A stretch of DNA of 63,834 bases, counting the filler, from Octopus bimaculoides (lineage: Eukaryota), in the NCBI RefSeq assembly GCF_001194135.2. It is 4 parts of 4 records of this genome, joined end to end, with 100 filler letters (N's around TTAATTAATTAA, not from the genome) between each part and the next. Parts side by side here need not be neighbours in the genome. Positions count along the whole stretch, not along the records: positions 1 to 20,800 come from NC_069001.1; 3 more parts are not named here. One strand, 5' to 3'. The notes under the pieces were generated by a model. That model saw only the letters and a program-made list of their open reading frames with translations. It did no database searches and was not told where the DNA came from. Position 1 is the stretch's first letter, and each line of letters opens with the position of its first letter. The translations under genes and the position numbers were made by a program. Below are positions 1 through 10,664 of this stretch, piece after piece.

Positions 1-212
1 CCAGTCGATGGCTGCCAATAGGACAGAAGATATGGGTTCGTGTCCCACGGGGAACTATCGGCTTTTTTTTTAATTCTTTTTACTATAGTTTCAGCTCTAG
101 AGCTGTGGCCATGCTGGGGTACCACCGTTTTTATTCAAATTTTTTTTCTCTTAATCCAATATTCTACATACATAGTTTATAGCTTTATCTAATTCGATTT
201 CCCTTATCTTTC

Positions 213-510
213 GACGCTGCTGTCTTCCCTTCCCAGCTCGAGCCAGCGGGGCTAGACTGAGGGGACGATAAAAGGCCTGACAGTATGACAATTTACCCGT
301 TCCATAGCGGCAGGCCCCTCCTCTGGGATGCCAGTGCTCTCATACCTTCTCCAGCGGCAACTTATGTGCTTAGCTACAAACCCAGGCTCTGCTGCTGAGA
401 AAACAAACTGTCGTGGTATCGGTCGCTCTTCGACAGGTTTATGGTCAAGCCTGTGGCCTTTTCCATTTTGTCCACTGGGGCCATGAGGCAGTCTGACTTG
501 GAGGAAATTG
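213..510 (+). mobile_element. Degenerate C-terminal restriction-like endonuclease fragment of a CRE-like non-LTR retrotransposon
   Basis: Frameshifted translation reads PSQLEPAG.LD.GDDKRPDSMTIYPFHSGRPLLWDA...ATNPGSAAE...DRFMVKPVA. This matches the EP.GL.R.D.KRPDG...L.WD motif of CRE-type RLE domains. Confidence 0.65.
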
Positions 511-754
511 TACGTTCCACTCTTTAAAAAAACTTAAATCCATGCAATAATTTATTATTTTAATCTGAATAATAAGTTCTACAAAAATACTTATGAAGTA
601 AACGTTATACAACATCAGGGGTGTGCCGTCTGGGTGAGCAAGGTAGGAACTACCTATCAAGAATAAGTCAGAAATTTGTTACCATTTTGATAACTAGACA
701 GATACAATATGCACAGCGCGTGTGTGTGTGCAGTAATGCGTAGAGAGTGAAAAT

Positions 755-970
755 AACCCAACTTCGCCTGAATTAACCCTTTCTCTGCGAAATTAAATTT
801 CATGGCTATTCCAGTGATTAAGTTAAATATCTACAAAAAAAAAAAAAAAAAAAAAAAATTGGTATTTTCTGCAAGTCACCTTGCCTCAATAAACTTGACA
901 TATCTCAACAAAAAACAGTTATTGGTATATAAAACTGATTTCCGCAGATAAGGGTGAAGTTAAACGGTTA
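755..970. mobile_element. piggyBac-like MITE (degenerate)
   Basis: TTAA-CCCTTTCTCTGCGAAA at 773-792 is an imperfect inverted match to TTTCCGCAGATAAGGG-TGAA at 939-958, with weaker outer inverted similarity. CCC/GGG ends next to TTAA are typical of piggyBac. Confidence 0.4.
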
Positions 971-1084
971 AAATACTTTATGGGGTGAAAATGTGTCCGT
1001 CCGTGTGTGTTTACCTCTAATGACTGAGCTTAATTTCGAAGAGACATATTATTCAATAAAGTACAATATATATATATATATATC

Positions 1085-1250
1085 GTGCGCGGACCCAAGG
1101 GGGGAGCTGAGGGGCACGTGCCCCCACCCCTCTCCCACAAGAAAAGAAGTGCGCCCTTCTAAATAATGTTATCACGCCCTTTTCTCCTAAAATTGTATTC
1201 CCTTTTGACTTTGTGCCCTCCCTTCGAAAAATTCCTGGGACTGCGCCTGT
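1085..1250. mobile_element. Small non-autonomous DNA element with degenerate GC-rich terminal inverted repeats
   Basis: GTGCGCGGACCCAAGG at the left end versus CCTGGGACTGCGCCTG at the right end, flanked by TA-rich sequence. Confidence 0.4.
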
Positions 1251-4227
1251 ATACACACACACATATATATATATATAATTTATTGTTATGGCTGGTCAGA
1301 GAGTGGCCTTTGGTTTCTCGCGCCTATACGGCTAAGCACTTCATAGGTGCGAAACCAATGGTCACTCTCCGATCAGCCTTTAGAGTGTGCTTCTTTTTCA
1401 TATATATGAACTACTGACGTTATAAGGCGCTCGCTTGATGAACGGCTCTGATTCAGCATCCAATTAAACTTGGACCATCCAATGCAGAGGTTTCAAATAG
1501 CCATAATGATGAAACGTACGTAAGTAACAAATGCTATAAACTGCATCTTGTTTTTACCAAAAATTCTACATTTGCATTATATACAGATACACACACACAT
1601 ATATATACATATATACATTTACATACGTACATACATACATAAACATGCGTGCGTATAAATATTTGTATACAAACATACGTATGAATATTTACTGTCTATT
1701 ATATAATAGCTTTTATGTTTGTTTACATATGGACGTGAGTGCAATACTCAACTTTATTTTTGTATCTGGGGTTGGGGGACGGTTACAAAAATTCTTATGG
1801 ATATTATAATAGACTTTATCAATGCCTACATCCAACATTCTGGCCGTCTCATATAATGAAACAATATACAGAATTAGAATTATCTCGATTACAATTCAAA
1901 CTACAGACATTATCATATGAGAGAAACAAGTTAAAGGCGACAGGCATTCTGCAATAAAATGCGATCAAAATACACACACACACATGCATATGCACACAAT
2001 CGTCTGGAAGCCGGCAAAATCAATAAAGTTTGTTGGTTATAATTGATTTCGTTCGAAAACCTCTCAAGTTTCGTGTAGTCGCCGGTCATCTCTGATTATC
2101 GAACAGATCGATGATCACAGGCGTTCCAGCTGTGACCATCCCAGTCTCTCTTTCTAAATGAATAAATTATATCCAGGGCAAAATTATCGATTATGTCCTT
2201 CCATTTTCTAAGAACCGCAGAATGTAATGACTTAAGGGGGACTTGGGCGTTATTTCTAGCAAGCCGAATGACTACATAGTGATTAGCGCCGTTGTTGCTT
2301 AGCTTTAAGTCATCCCTGATTAGATCGATAACTAAATACGTCCCTTCTTTGACCAGACCACCTTTGTCTTGTTCGGTACACCTCAGGCGGTCAAATCTAG
2401 GATCCAGCATCCTTATTTAATACAAATTATCCTTATTTAAGACGATACGCAATTGTTAAAGAGAGATTTTCTATGGTATTTGTAGCCGGGATGAACGGCT
2501 ATGTAAAATGTTCTTTTATATACATTGCTGGATGGGGTATTCCTGTCGGACAGAAACGGAAATTATTTAGTGTCCTCAAAACTGTAAAGTTTTGGACGTG
2601 TAAATTCCATACATCATAGAATACAATTCTACAAATGAAATTTTAAAATTTTGATTGTAGAAGAAAATCTCGTACACCCTACGACTCATTCATGATTTTT
2701 CAGTTTTGAATTTACAAACAAAAAACAGATTTTTTTTTGGGGGGGGGGGAGATTTGTATTTTAAACATCTTATGATTCTTCAAAACTATACGTAACAAAA
2801 TCTGAAAATTCTCTTACAAAAGGTGTCAAAACTGAAGAGTCGCAAAAGGGCCGACTAAAAAGTGATCACCATCACCAATTTTATTATTTTATTTGTGCAT
2901 TTTTATTTTATTAATTTTATTTGTTCATTTCCTTTTTGACAGAATCTTTATTTACGATGCTTAAAACATCGAAATGAATTGCAGCTTTTTGATGCACTGT
3001 ATAATTTTCCGACGCTATTCTATAGGGACTCCCAATGTGGTTAGAATATTTTTATTTTTTTTAAAGACTGTTTGGTTGTCAAATTGGATGATGGATGCTT
3101 CGTAGCATCAACTAATTCTATTTCTAGTTCTAAGCAAAATAAACAAAAACACGCCACATAAAACAAAACAGTTCTTTTACTGTATTCGCAAAAGAAACCA
3201 TACACGTTGTCGCACCGCTTTGCAAGAAATAACAGCTAAATCTCTCATTAATAACACTGCTTACTCTCTCACTCTCTTTCTTTCACACACACGGAACCAT
3301 AAGGAACTATGACTTCATTAACTATAAGTGAAATTACTAATAAATACACCTTGTTCATGGTTGGCTCGCTTTTACTCATAGATGTCAATTAGAGCTGACC
3401 TGGTGTTAAATAAATAGCAACAAACTATTTGGTTTGTTTTTGTGTTAAAATGTGCATTTAACTTACCAGTTCGAAAACAGAACCGGGGGCACAGACAGGA
3501 CCTTTAATGTCTCTTGTAATGTTGTTTATCATTCGGGCAAGATAAAATAAAGCAACAGCTAGTATTAAATAAAATTGATTAACAAGGGGGTTCGAATTTA
3601 AGCGATGATTGAATCGTCCTCTTCCCCACCTTGCTATACCAAAATAATAATAATAATAATGATAATAATGATCCTTTCTACTAAAGGCACAAGGCCTGAA
3701 ATTTTGAGGGTGGGGGCTAGTAGATTACATTGACCCCCAGAGCGTAAATGGTATTTATTCCATTGCCCCAAAAGGATGAAAGGCAAAAGCTTGACAGTGG
3801 CGGAATAATAATAATATTAATAATGATGTGTGTATTTATGTGAATAAGTGTCTTTAGTTAGAACGAAGACGGATGAAAAATATTTTTTAGATTTATGTCG
3901 ATATATGTCTCAGACATCAACAAGCATGGTCTAAGACAAGATTAGAGTTATCAGTTCCTCTTGTCATGGGTTCGGAGGTTCGATCCCAAGAGAAGATATC
4001 CGTTGACTTTTTTCTCATTACAGGCCGTGCTTTGTAAATAATATGATACAGATGTGTATATATATATATATATATATAATACATGCGTATGTAATAATGT
4101 GTATGAAATTACATATAGTGTACGTTATATATGTATGTATGTATAATATATGCTTCATTGCAGCTGTTCAATATTGAAGAATAACATCCATATTCTTTCC
4201 GCATTAATAATTCAAATGGTTTCTTAC

Positions 4228-4317
4228 CTTTCCTAATTCCATATTTACATCTTGTTTAGCCGCCGCCGTCAATTTGCTACACTCCGTATTGCTGCTGTGT
4301 TTCGCATAGTCCGCCAT
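4228..4317 (-). CDS. Candidate first coding exon of an unidentified host gene running leftward (MADYAKHSSNTECSKLTAAAKQDVNMELGK)
   Basis: ATCATGGCGG start context with an in-frame upstream TGA, exactly 30 open codons of non-repetitive sequence, and a consensus donor AAG|gtaaga. No downstream exon identified. Confidence 0.55.
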
Positions 4318-4859
4318 GATTAAGTACTGGTGGTGGTGGTGGTGGTGATGTCGGTGATGGGCTCAGTACTAGTAGTAGTAGTAGTAGTAGTAGTGATGGT
4401 GGTGGTAGTGGTGGTGGTGTCGGTGATGTCCTAGGGGGTGGTGTTAGCGGTGGTACCGGTGATGGTGGTGGTGTTGGCGGTCGCGGTACTGATTATGATA
4501 TTAATAGTGATGTTTTGGTTATTAATGATGGTAGTAGTAGTAGTAGTAGTAGTAGTGATGGTGGCTATTGGTGGTGACGGTGTTTGGTGCCGGTATTGGT
4601 AGTATTAGTGGCGATGTTGGCGGTAGTAGCAATGGTGGTGGTGGTGGTGGTGGTGGGGGAGCCTATTGTACTGGAAACAGCCACGAGAGGAAGAAGACTG
4701 GATTTTTTTTTATATGTTTCTTCAGCAACAGTGATGTTGTCGGTGTGAAGGGTCTGACATTATTATAACTAACAGCATTTCTTAACTTTCCTTCTTCCAC
4801 TGAAACTCTTTCTTCCCCTTCACTTCTTCCCCTTCCATTCATACACTCGCTTACATATA

Positions 4860-5468
4860 CACTAACACACTCTCTCTCTTTCTCTCACACAATTTCTATG
4901 TCTCTCTCTCTCTCTTTCTCTTTCCCTCCAACTCCGCTTCGTTCTTGCTACTTCTTTCCCTTTTTTTGTATCTTCCTTTCTCTCTTTGCTAGTCTTTCTC
5001 CTCCAATTTCTCTCTCTTTTTACCATTTCTCTCTTTCCCCATACCTCTCTCTCCCCATATCTCTCTTTCCCTCTCTCTCCCCATCTCTTTCATTCCCCTC
5101 TCTTCATATCTCTTTCCTCTCCTCTCTCTTTACCCACCTCTTTCTTCCTCCCTTTCGTTTCCTACTGTCTCCTCTCTTTCCTTTCCCGTCTGTCTGTCTC
5201 CCTCTCTCTTTTCTTCTCTCTCTCCATCTCATTCTTTCCCTTCTCTCCATATCTCTCCTCTCCCCTCTCTCTTTACCCACCTCTTTATCTCCCCTTTCGT
5301 TTCCTTCTGTCTTCTCTTTCCACGCCCCTCTGTCTCCATCTCTCTTTTCTCCTCTCGTTCTCTCCTCCATCTTGTCCCCTCCTAACTTTCTCATCCCTCT
5401 CTCCCCCTCTCTCTCTGTCTCTCTGTCTCTCTCTGTCTCTCTCTGTCTCTCTGTCTCTNNNNNNNNNN

Positions 5469-5515
<47 letters not shown>

Positions 5516-5619
5516 TCTTTTGTTTCTGCTTATCTCTTACGCTTTCCCTCTTAATCTTTTCCCTACCTTCACTCTCGCACCATCCTTCTTTGTTCTTACT
5601 CTTTCTCCGTCTCTCTCAC

Positions 5620-5703
<84 letters not shown>

Positions 5704-5860
5704 AACAATACTTCAACGTCATTGTCACTTTCTCTCTTCACCTTCCTCTTACTATTCCTTACTATTTCTTCCCAAATCCTTGTCTCCTTCTCGTCTCTCT
5801 TTTCCACGTTCCTTGTCTATCAATTTCACTTATTTCATTCTTTTTGTTTCATTCTTCTTT
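4860..5860. repeat. About 1 kb CT-rich polypyrimidine/polypurine low-complexity tract with (CT)n and (CA)n cores
   Basis: Almost purine-free plus strand, directly visible. It accounts for the spurious S/L-rich ORFs at 4898-5937. Confidence 0.95.
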
Positions 5861-6108
5861 TAAAACCATTCTTAATTATTCTGTCTCTCAGCTTCTTATT
5901 TCTCCGAGGCAAAGCAATAAAAACAGAGAAAACATAACTTTGTTGCACAGAATAACTATCTATTATTTTTTTTTCTCTTAGTTTCTTTGACTTTACAATA
6001 AAATCTTTCGTGTTGTAACCATTTTCAGCTTGTCTGCTACTTCTCTGATAAACCTTCAGACGTTCATGCGAACGAAGGAGCCTCAACGCTAGAAATAACA
6101 GCCAACAG

Positions 6109-6252
6109 CAATCGTGGGCAAACTACAGTTTGCGGGGCTTTCTGAATGGCACGCCTAACGAATAATTACTGATTTGTTTTTGTAGTGCAGCTCGCCTGAT
6201 GATGAATTATGTTTCGCGCGGCCCGCTTCTCGAAAAAGGTTGCCTACGCCTG
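6109..6252. mobile_element. hAT/Charlie-type MITE (degenerate)
   Basis: CAATCGTGGGCAAACT at the left end and AAAAAGGTTGCCTACGCCTG at the right end resemble CAGGGGTGGGCAA-type terminal inverted repeats. Confidence 0.55.
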
Positions 6253-6791
6253 CCTTACAGTCTTAAAAGAAGGGCAAACTGGGTAAGGTTTTGAATGCAT
6301 TGTTTCTACTGAAAGACGGGATGGTCACGGTTGGGAAGCTTTTGTTCATACGTCTGCTCAATCAGGACTGATCTTGTACAAAATGATAATTTTTGTCTAA
6401 GAATAATACAATTAGCCACAAAACGATAAAACCTCTACGTGGTAGCTGGACCTGCTTGAAATAACAGCCGAACTCTTTTAAAATTAACTTTTGCTTTGGG
6501 CCCTCAACTCCTTCATGGAGTTCCTAGGGGCGTCGTCGTAGCATACAGACTGTCTTGGACAATTTTAGACCTGGTAGAGTCCATCACTTTCCAGGATAGG
6601 TCACATTCGGTTTCTTCAAGGAAAGGAGACAGATAGAAAGAGAAGAATCGAGTTATTTATTGATCTCGAATGGATGAAAAGCAAAGTTGACCTCGGCAGG
6701 ATTTGAACTCAGAGCGTAGAGAGTCAGAATGATTACCACAAAGTAGTCAACTCTCGACACTCTAACGACACTGCGAATGGACGTCCTAAAT

Positions 6792-7157
6792 CAGTGGTTC
6801 TCAACCTGGGTCCATATGGTCCCTGAGGGTCGATATAAGATTTTTTTGGCAGTGGTGGGGAGGGGGCACGTAACAAAATAGTAAATTAAGGATCCAGAAT
6901 AGTATTTTAAGGGGTCCCTGAAAAAGATGTTGCTTTAGATGTATGTATTGGTATTTATTGCAAGAGACAGGTTTCTTTCTCTAACATCTCATGTAATTCA
7001 ACCTACACAAGTTAATATGTGAAAAGCTAAATAGAATTCTGAAAGAAGTTTCTAGAAAACTAGTTTTTAAACATCGAATGGCTATAAGGGGTCCACCAGA
7101 ATAAAATAGTAACCAAAGGGGTCCATAAGTAAAAAAAAATATGGTTGAGAACCCCTG
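6792..7157. mobile_element. 366-bp hAT (Charlie-like) MITE with intact TIRs and an 8-bp target-site duplication
   Basis: TIRs CAGTGGTTCTCAACC and GGTTGAGAACCCCTG. The perfect TSD TCCTAAAT lies at 6784-6791 and 7158-7165. Confidence 0.92.
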
Positions 7158-7497
7158 TCCTAAATCATAAATCAAACACCCAATTGTCTTTCGCAAATAA
7201 CAAACAGGTTGTAAATGTATATAATCTTAGATACACTTCTAAAAAGATAGGGGAAGTCACGGCAGGAACATTTTTGATCATGGATCAGTCTGTTCGTTTA
7301 GGACTAACCTGGATCTAAATAACAGCAACAACGACATCCTCAAAACCTGCAATTTTCATAAATGAGTGAGATGAGCGCTGTAACGTTGAGCTGAGTTCTC
7401 TATGAGTGTCCCATGTAGTAACGATTTACACTTCACTCGAGGGAGTAAGTTACAAATGTCCCACTATTCTTTAAAGCTGTATATTATCTTGCAGTGT

Positions 7498-7853
7498 GGA
7501 GGCGCAATGGCCCAGTGGTTAGGGCAGCGGACTCGCGGTCATAGGATCACGGTTTCGATTCCCAGACCGGGCGTTGTGAGTGTTTATTGAGCGAAAATAC
7601 CTAAAGCTCCACGAGGCTCCAGCAGGAGATGGTGGCGAACCCTGCTGTACTCATTCACCACAACTTCCTCTCACTCTTACTTCCTGTTTCTGTTGTGCCT
7701 GTAATTCAAAGGGTCAGCCTTGTCACACTCTGTGTCACGCTGAATATCCCCGAGAACTACGTTATGGGTACACGTGTCTGTGGAGTGCTCAGCCACTTGC
7801 ACGTTAATTTCCCGAGCAGGCTGTTCCGTTGATCGGATCAACTGGAACCCTCG
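7498..7853 (+). mobile_element. tRNA-derived SINE, family C, near full length
   Basis: tRNA-like head with A box (TGGCCCAGTGG) and B-box-like GGTTTCGATTCCC. A highly similar copy lies at 30487-30861 on the minus strand. Confidence 0.88.
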
Positions 7854-8477
7854 AAATTTCTCATTTACATTTTGATTTTTTTTTACTTTTTAGATAAAGA
7901 AGACAAAGCCACAACCTTTTCCATGGATGTTAAAACTTCGCAGGCACACATCTTAAGTCAGCCCTGATCAAGCAGGCCTATGATTAAAGACGTCCCAACT
8001 GTAACCCATTCAATCTTTTCGTTTTTCAAACGCTAATGTAGTATCTAAGACTACATTGTCTATGTGATGCAACGTAGGGTATATTTTTGAGGAAGATATG
8101 GCTCCTGTTAATGGCAGACTCGAGTTCCTGTATAGAGGTTCTCATTGTAAGCTCGTCGTCATCGTCGCTGTTGTTGTTGTTGTTGTTGTTTAACCCAAGG
8201 TCATTCCTGATCAAACAGGTTTGATCATATGATCAAAGATGTTCCAGGAGAAATTCATCCCAAGTTTTTGCTGTTTGTTTATTTTCAAAATTTAGTGTAC
8301 CTAGGATTATATTACTCTACGTGTCCGTTCCTTGAATTAACACAGTATGGCATGAATTGAGTAAGGTTTGACTGCTATTCCTAGTGTAAAGGACCGTGCC
8401 ATGTGAGGTGACGAGTATGAGTCTCCTTTGTACATCACACAGTCGATACAATAAATATAAAAGGAATATTACATATA

Positions 8478-9185
8478 TGTGCCAGAGGGAAATGAGAGAC
8501 ACAACCGAGTAGAATGTTTAAGAGAAGATTTATTGATATGTTAACATGTGTGTCTATGTATGCGTTAATTATACAGAATAATAGCCAGGTGGTCGTGAGA
8601 ACAAAGTGTATGGATGTATGCGTGTGCGTTAAGTACATATAAGAATAGCAATGAAGAAGACAGTGAAAGAGTCTATTATGAGAAGTTAGACGAATGTTCA
8701 TAGACACGAGAAATGAGAAATACCAGTTCGTAATCAATTATACACGGTTGTTGAGATATTGTATCAAGAAATTGCAGCCATGATACGGAGCCGATTGCGC
8801 TACATATCGTACGAAGTTGTGGCTGTAATACTACTGCCTGGGTCACTTGGTACAGGAGTTCTCGCAAGTCATTGGGTCACTGGGTTACTGGGTCACTGGG
8901 TCACTTGGTCACTTGGTTCTCGCAAGTCACTGGGTCACTGGGTCACTTGGTTCTCGCAGGTTGTATATTCATTGTTGATCCGTAGTGAAGTAATTCACGA
9001 ACAGTGCAGTAACGAAACCTGGGCGAGTTGCTTGTTGAGTTGTGTACGTAGAGATCATGTTGACGACGTTAAGAAGATGATGGTGGCGACGAAGACGGTG
9101 GTTGCCGTAATGCTGTTGGACGGGTGTTGTCATCTGGCGTTATCGCTGGAACTGGCTGTGTCTTGTGTGGTCAGTGGCTAGACCT
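8478..9185 (-). mobile_element. Candidate LTR fragment with an internal 9-bp tandem array (GGGTCACTG/GGTCACTTG, about 8840-8955)
   Basis: The minus strand ends AATAAA...CTCTGGCACA, resembling an R/U5 end. The tandem array is directly visible. The other end abuts the mariner fragment and no TSD was found. Confidence 0.35.
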
Positions 9186-9189
9186 TAAA

Positions 9190-9710
9190 AGGTCTGGATA
9201 TGAAAGGTTTAGTCTACTTTGAACTTTTAAACACAAACCAAACGATAAGAAAGGAGATCTACTGTGAGGAGCTTGAGCGGCTTAAGTCAGTGCTAGAAGG
9301 CAAACGACCATCTTTGGTTTCAAGAGGAAAGATGTTCTTCCATCAGGATAACGCTCGGCCATACACAGCAAAGATGACATTCCAAAGGCTGGAGCAGTTT
9401 GAATGGGAAACGATGCCCCACCCACCATATTCGCCGGACATTGCCCTATCATTTATTCTGCAGTCTTCAAAATCATTTGGACAGAAAAATATGAATTCTA
9501 TAGACGAGGCCAGAACAGTACTGGAAGAGTATTTTTCGTCACAGACAAGTGAATTTTGGAAAAGGGGCCTTGCAAGTCCACCAGATAGAGGGAAGAACAT
9601 TTTAGAAAACGAAGGAAAGTATACTTTAGATTAAAAAAGAACTTTGTTTATCTTAATTTTGAAAAATAAAGGAAATACAAAAAACGCATTGTTTATAAGA
9701 TGAACCAATC
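9190..9710 (+). mobile_element. 3' half of a mariner transposon (C-terminal DD34D transposase fragment at 9200-9634 plus right TIR)
   Basis: WDMKGLVYFELL, FHQDNARPYTA and HPPYSPDIA motifs; degenerate TIR ending AAAAACGCATTGTTTATAAGATGAACCAAT. Confidence 0.92.
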
Positions 9711-10119
9711 CTAGCTGAAATACCCGGNNNNNNNNNNNNNNNNNNNNNNNNNNNNNNNNNNNNNNNNNNNNNNNNNNNNNNNNNNNNNNNNNNNNNNNNN
9801 NNNNNNNNNNNNNNNNNNNNNNNNNNNNNNNNNNNNNNNNNNNNNNNNNNNNNNNNNNNNNNNNNNNNNNNNNNNNNNNNNNNNNNNNNNNNNNNNNNNN
9901 NNNNNNNNNNNNNNNNNNNNNNNNNNNNNNNNNNNNNNNNNNNNNNNNNNNNNNNNNNNNNNNNNNNNNNNNNNNNNNNNNNNNNNNNNNNNNNNNNNNN
10001 NNNNNNNNNNNNNNNNNNNNNNNNNNNNNNNNNNNNNNNNNNNNNNNNNNNNNNNNNNNNNNNNNNNNNNNNNNNNNNNNNNNNNNNNNNNNNNNNNNNN
10101 NNNNNNNNNNNNNNNNNNN

Positions 10120-10152
<33 letters not shown>

Positions 10153-10664
10153 CGGAACGAGAAGGAGCATGATATGAAAGACATGTGTGTGTGTGTGTGT
10201 GTGTGTGGAGTGAGAGAGTGGGATAAGTAAAAAGAATGAGTTTGGTTTAATCACAAATATAGTTGTAAAATTAAGTTACTTCCATTCGTGTGCAAACTGT
10301 CGTAAGTATATGCGTATACATGTTAATAGACTAAACCTTTGATCTAAATCGTTCCTTTTCTTAAAGTTAACAGCGTGTGACATACATACATACATACATA
10401 CATACATACATACACAAACACTGCTTTAATTAGTTATCATCTGTCTCCTACGACTTGGCTTTGCAAACTGATTGAAAGCGCTCGTGTGTATCCCTGAATG
10501 ATAGTTGTATTAACGTTATCACCCCAGTGCCACTCCATATTTGTCGCTTACACAACTCTGTCCTCCCCTTCCCTGATATCAATCGCTCTCCCTATGCCAC
10601 TTCATTTCCCTCACACCAACACTCTTGCATCCTTCTCATTTTATCCAAAAATAGCCCAGCCTAC

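Noticed and set aside
1290-1525. Possible 63-nt plus-strand exon ending TAC|gtaagt, and a GAAA-CGTACG-TA hammerhead half-site
   Set aside because: The acceptor is weak and no CUGANGA core is correctly positioned. The minus strand reads weakly like a decayed LINE tail, so no call is supportable.
2831-2862. CTGAAGA followed by a GTCG/CGAC stem
   Set aside because: No GAAA follows the stem and there is no helix I or III, so it is a chance match.
7498-7575. tRNA-like sequences, also at 19378, 30790-30861 and many SINE heads
   Set aside because: They are SINE heads with A/B boxes continuing into repeat bodies, and no complete cloverleaf with a matching acceptor stem was found.
8840-8955. Short regularly spaced repeats that could suggest a CRISPR array
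   Set aside because: The 9-bp units are contiguous, there are no unique spacers or cas genes, and the context is eukaryotic.
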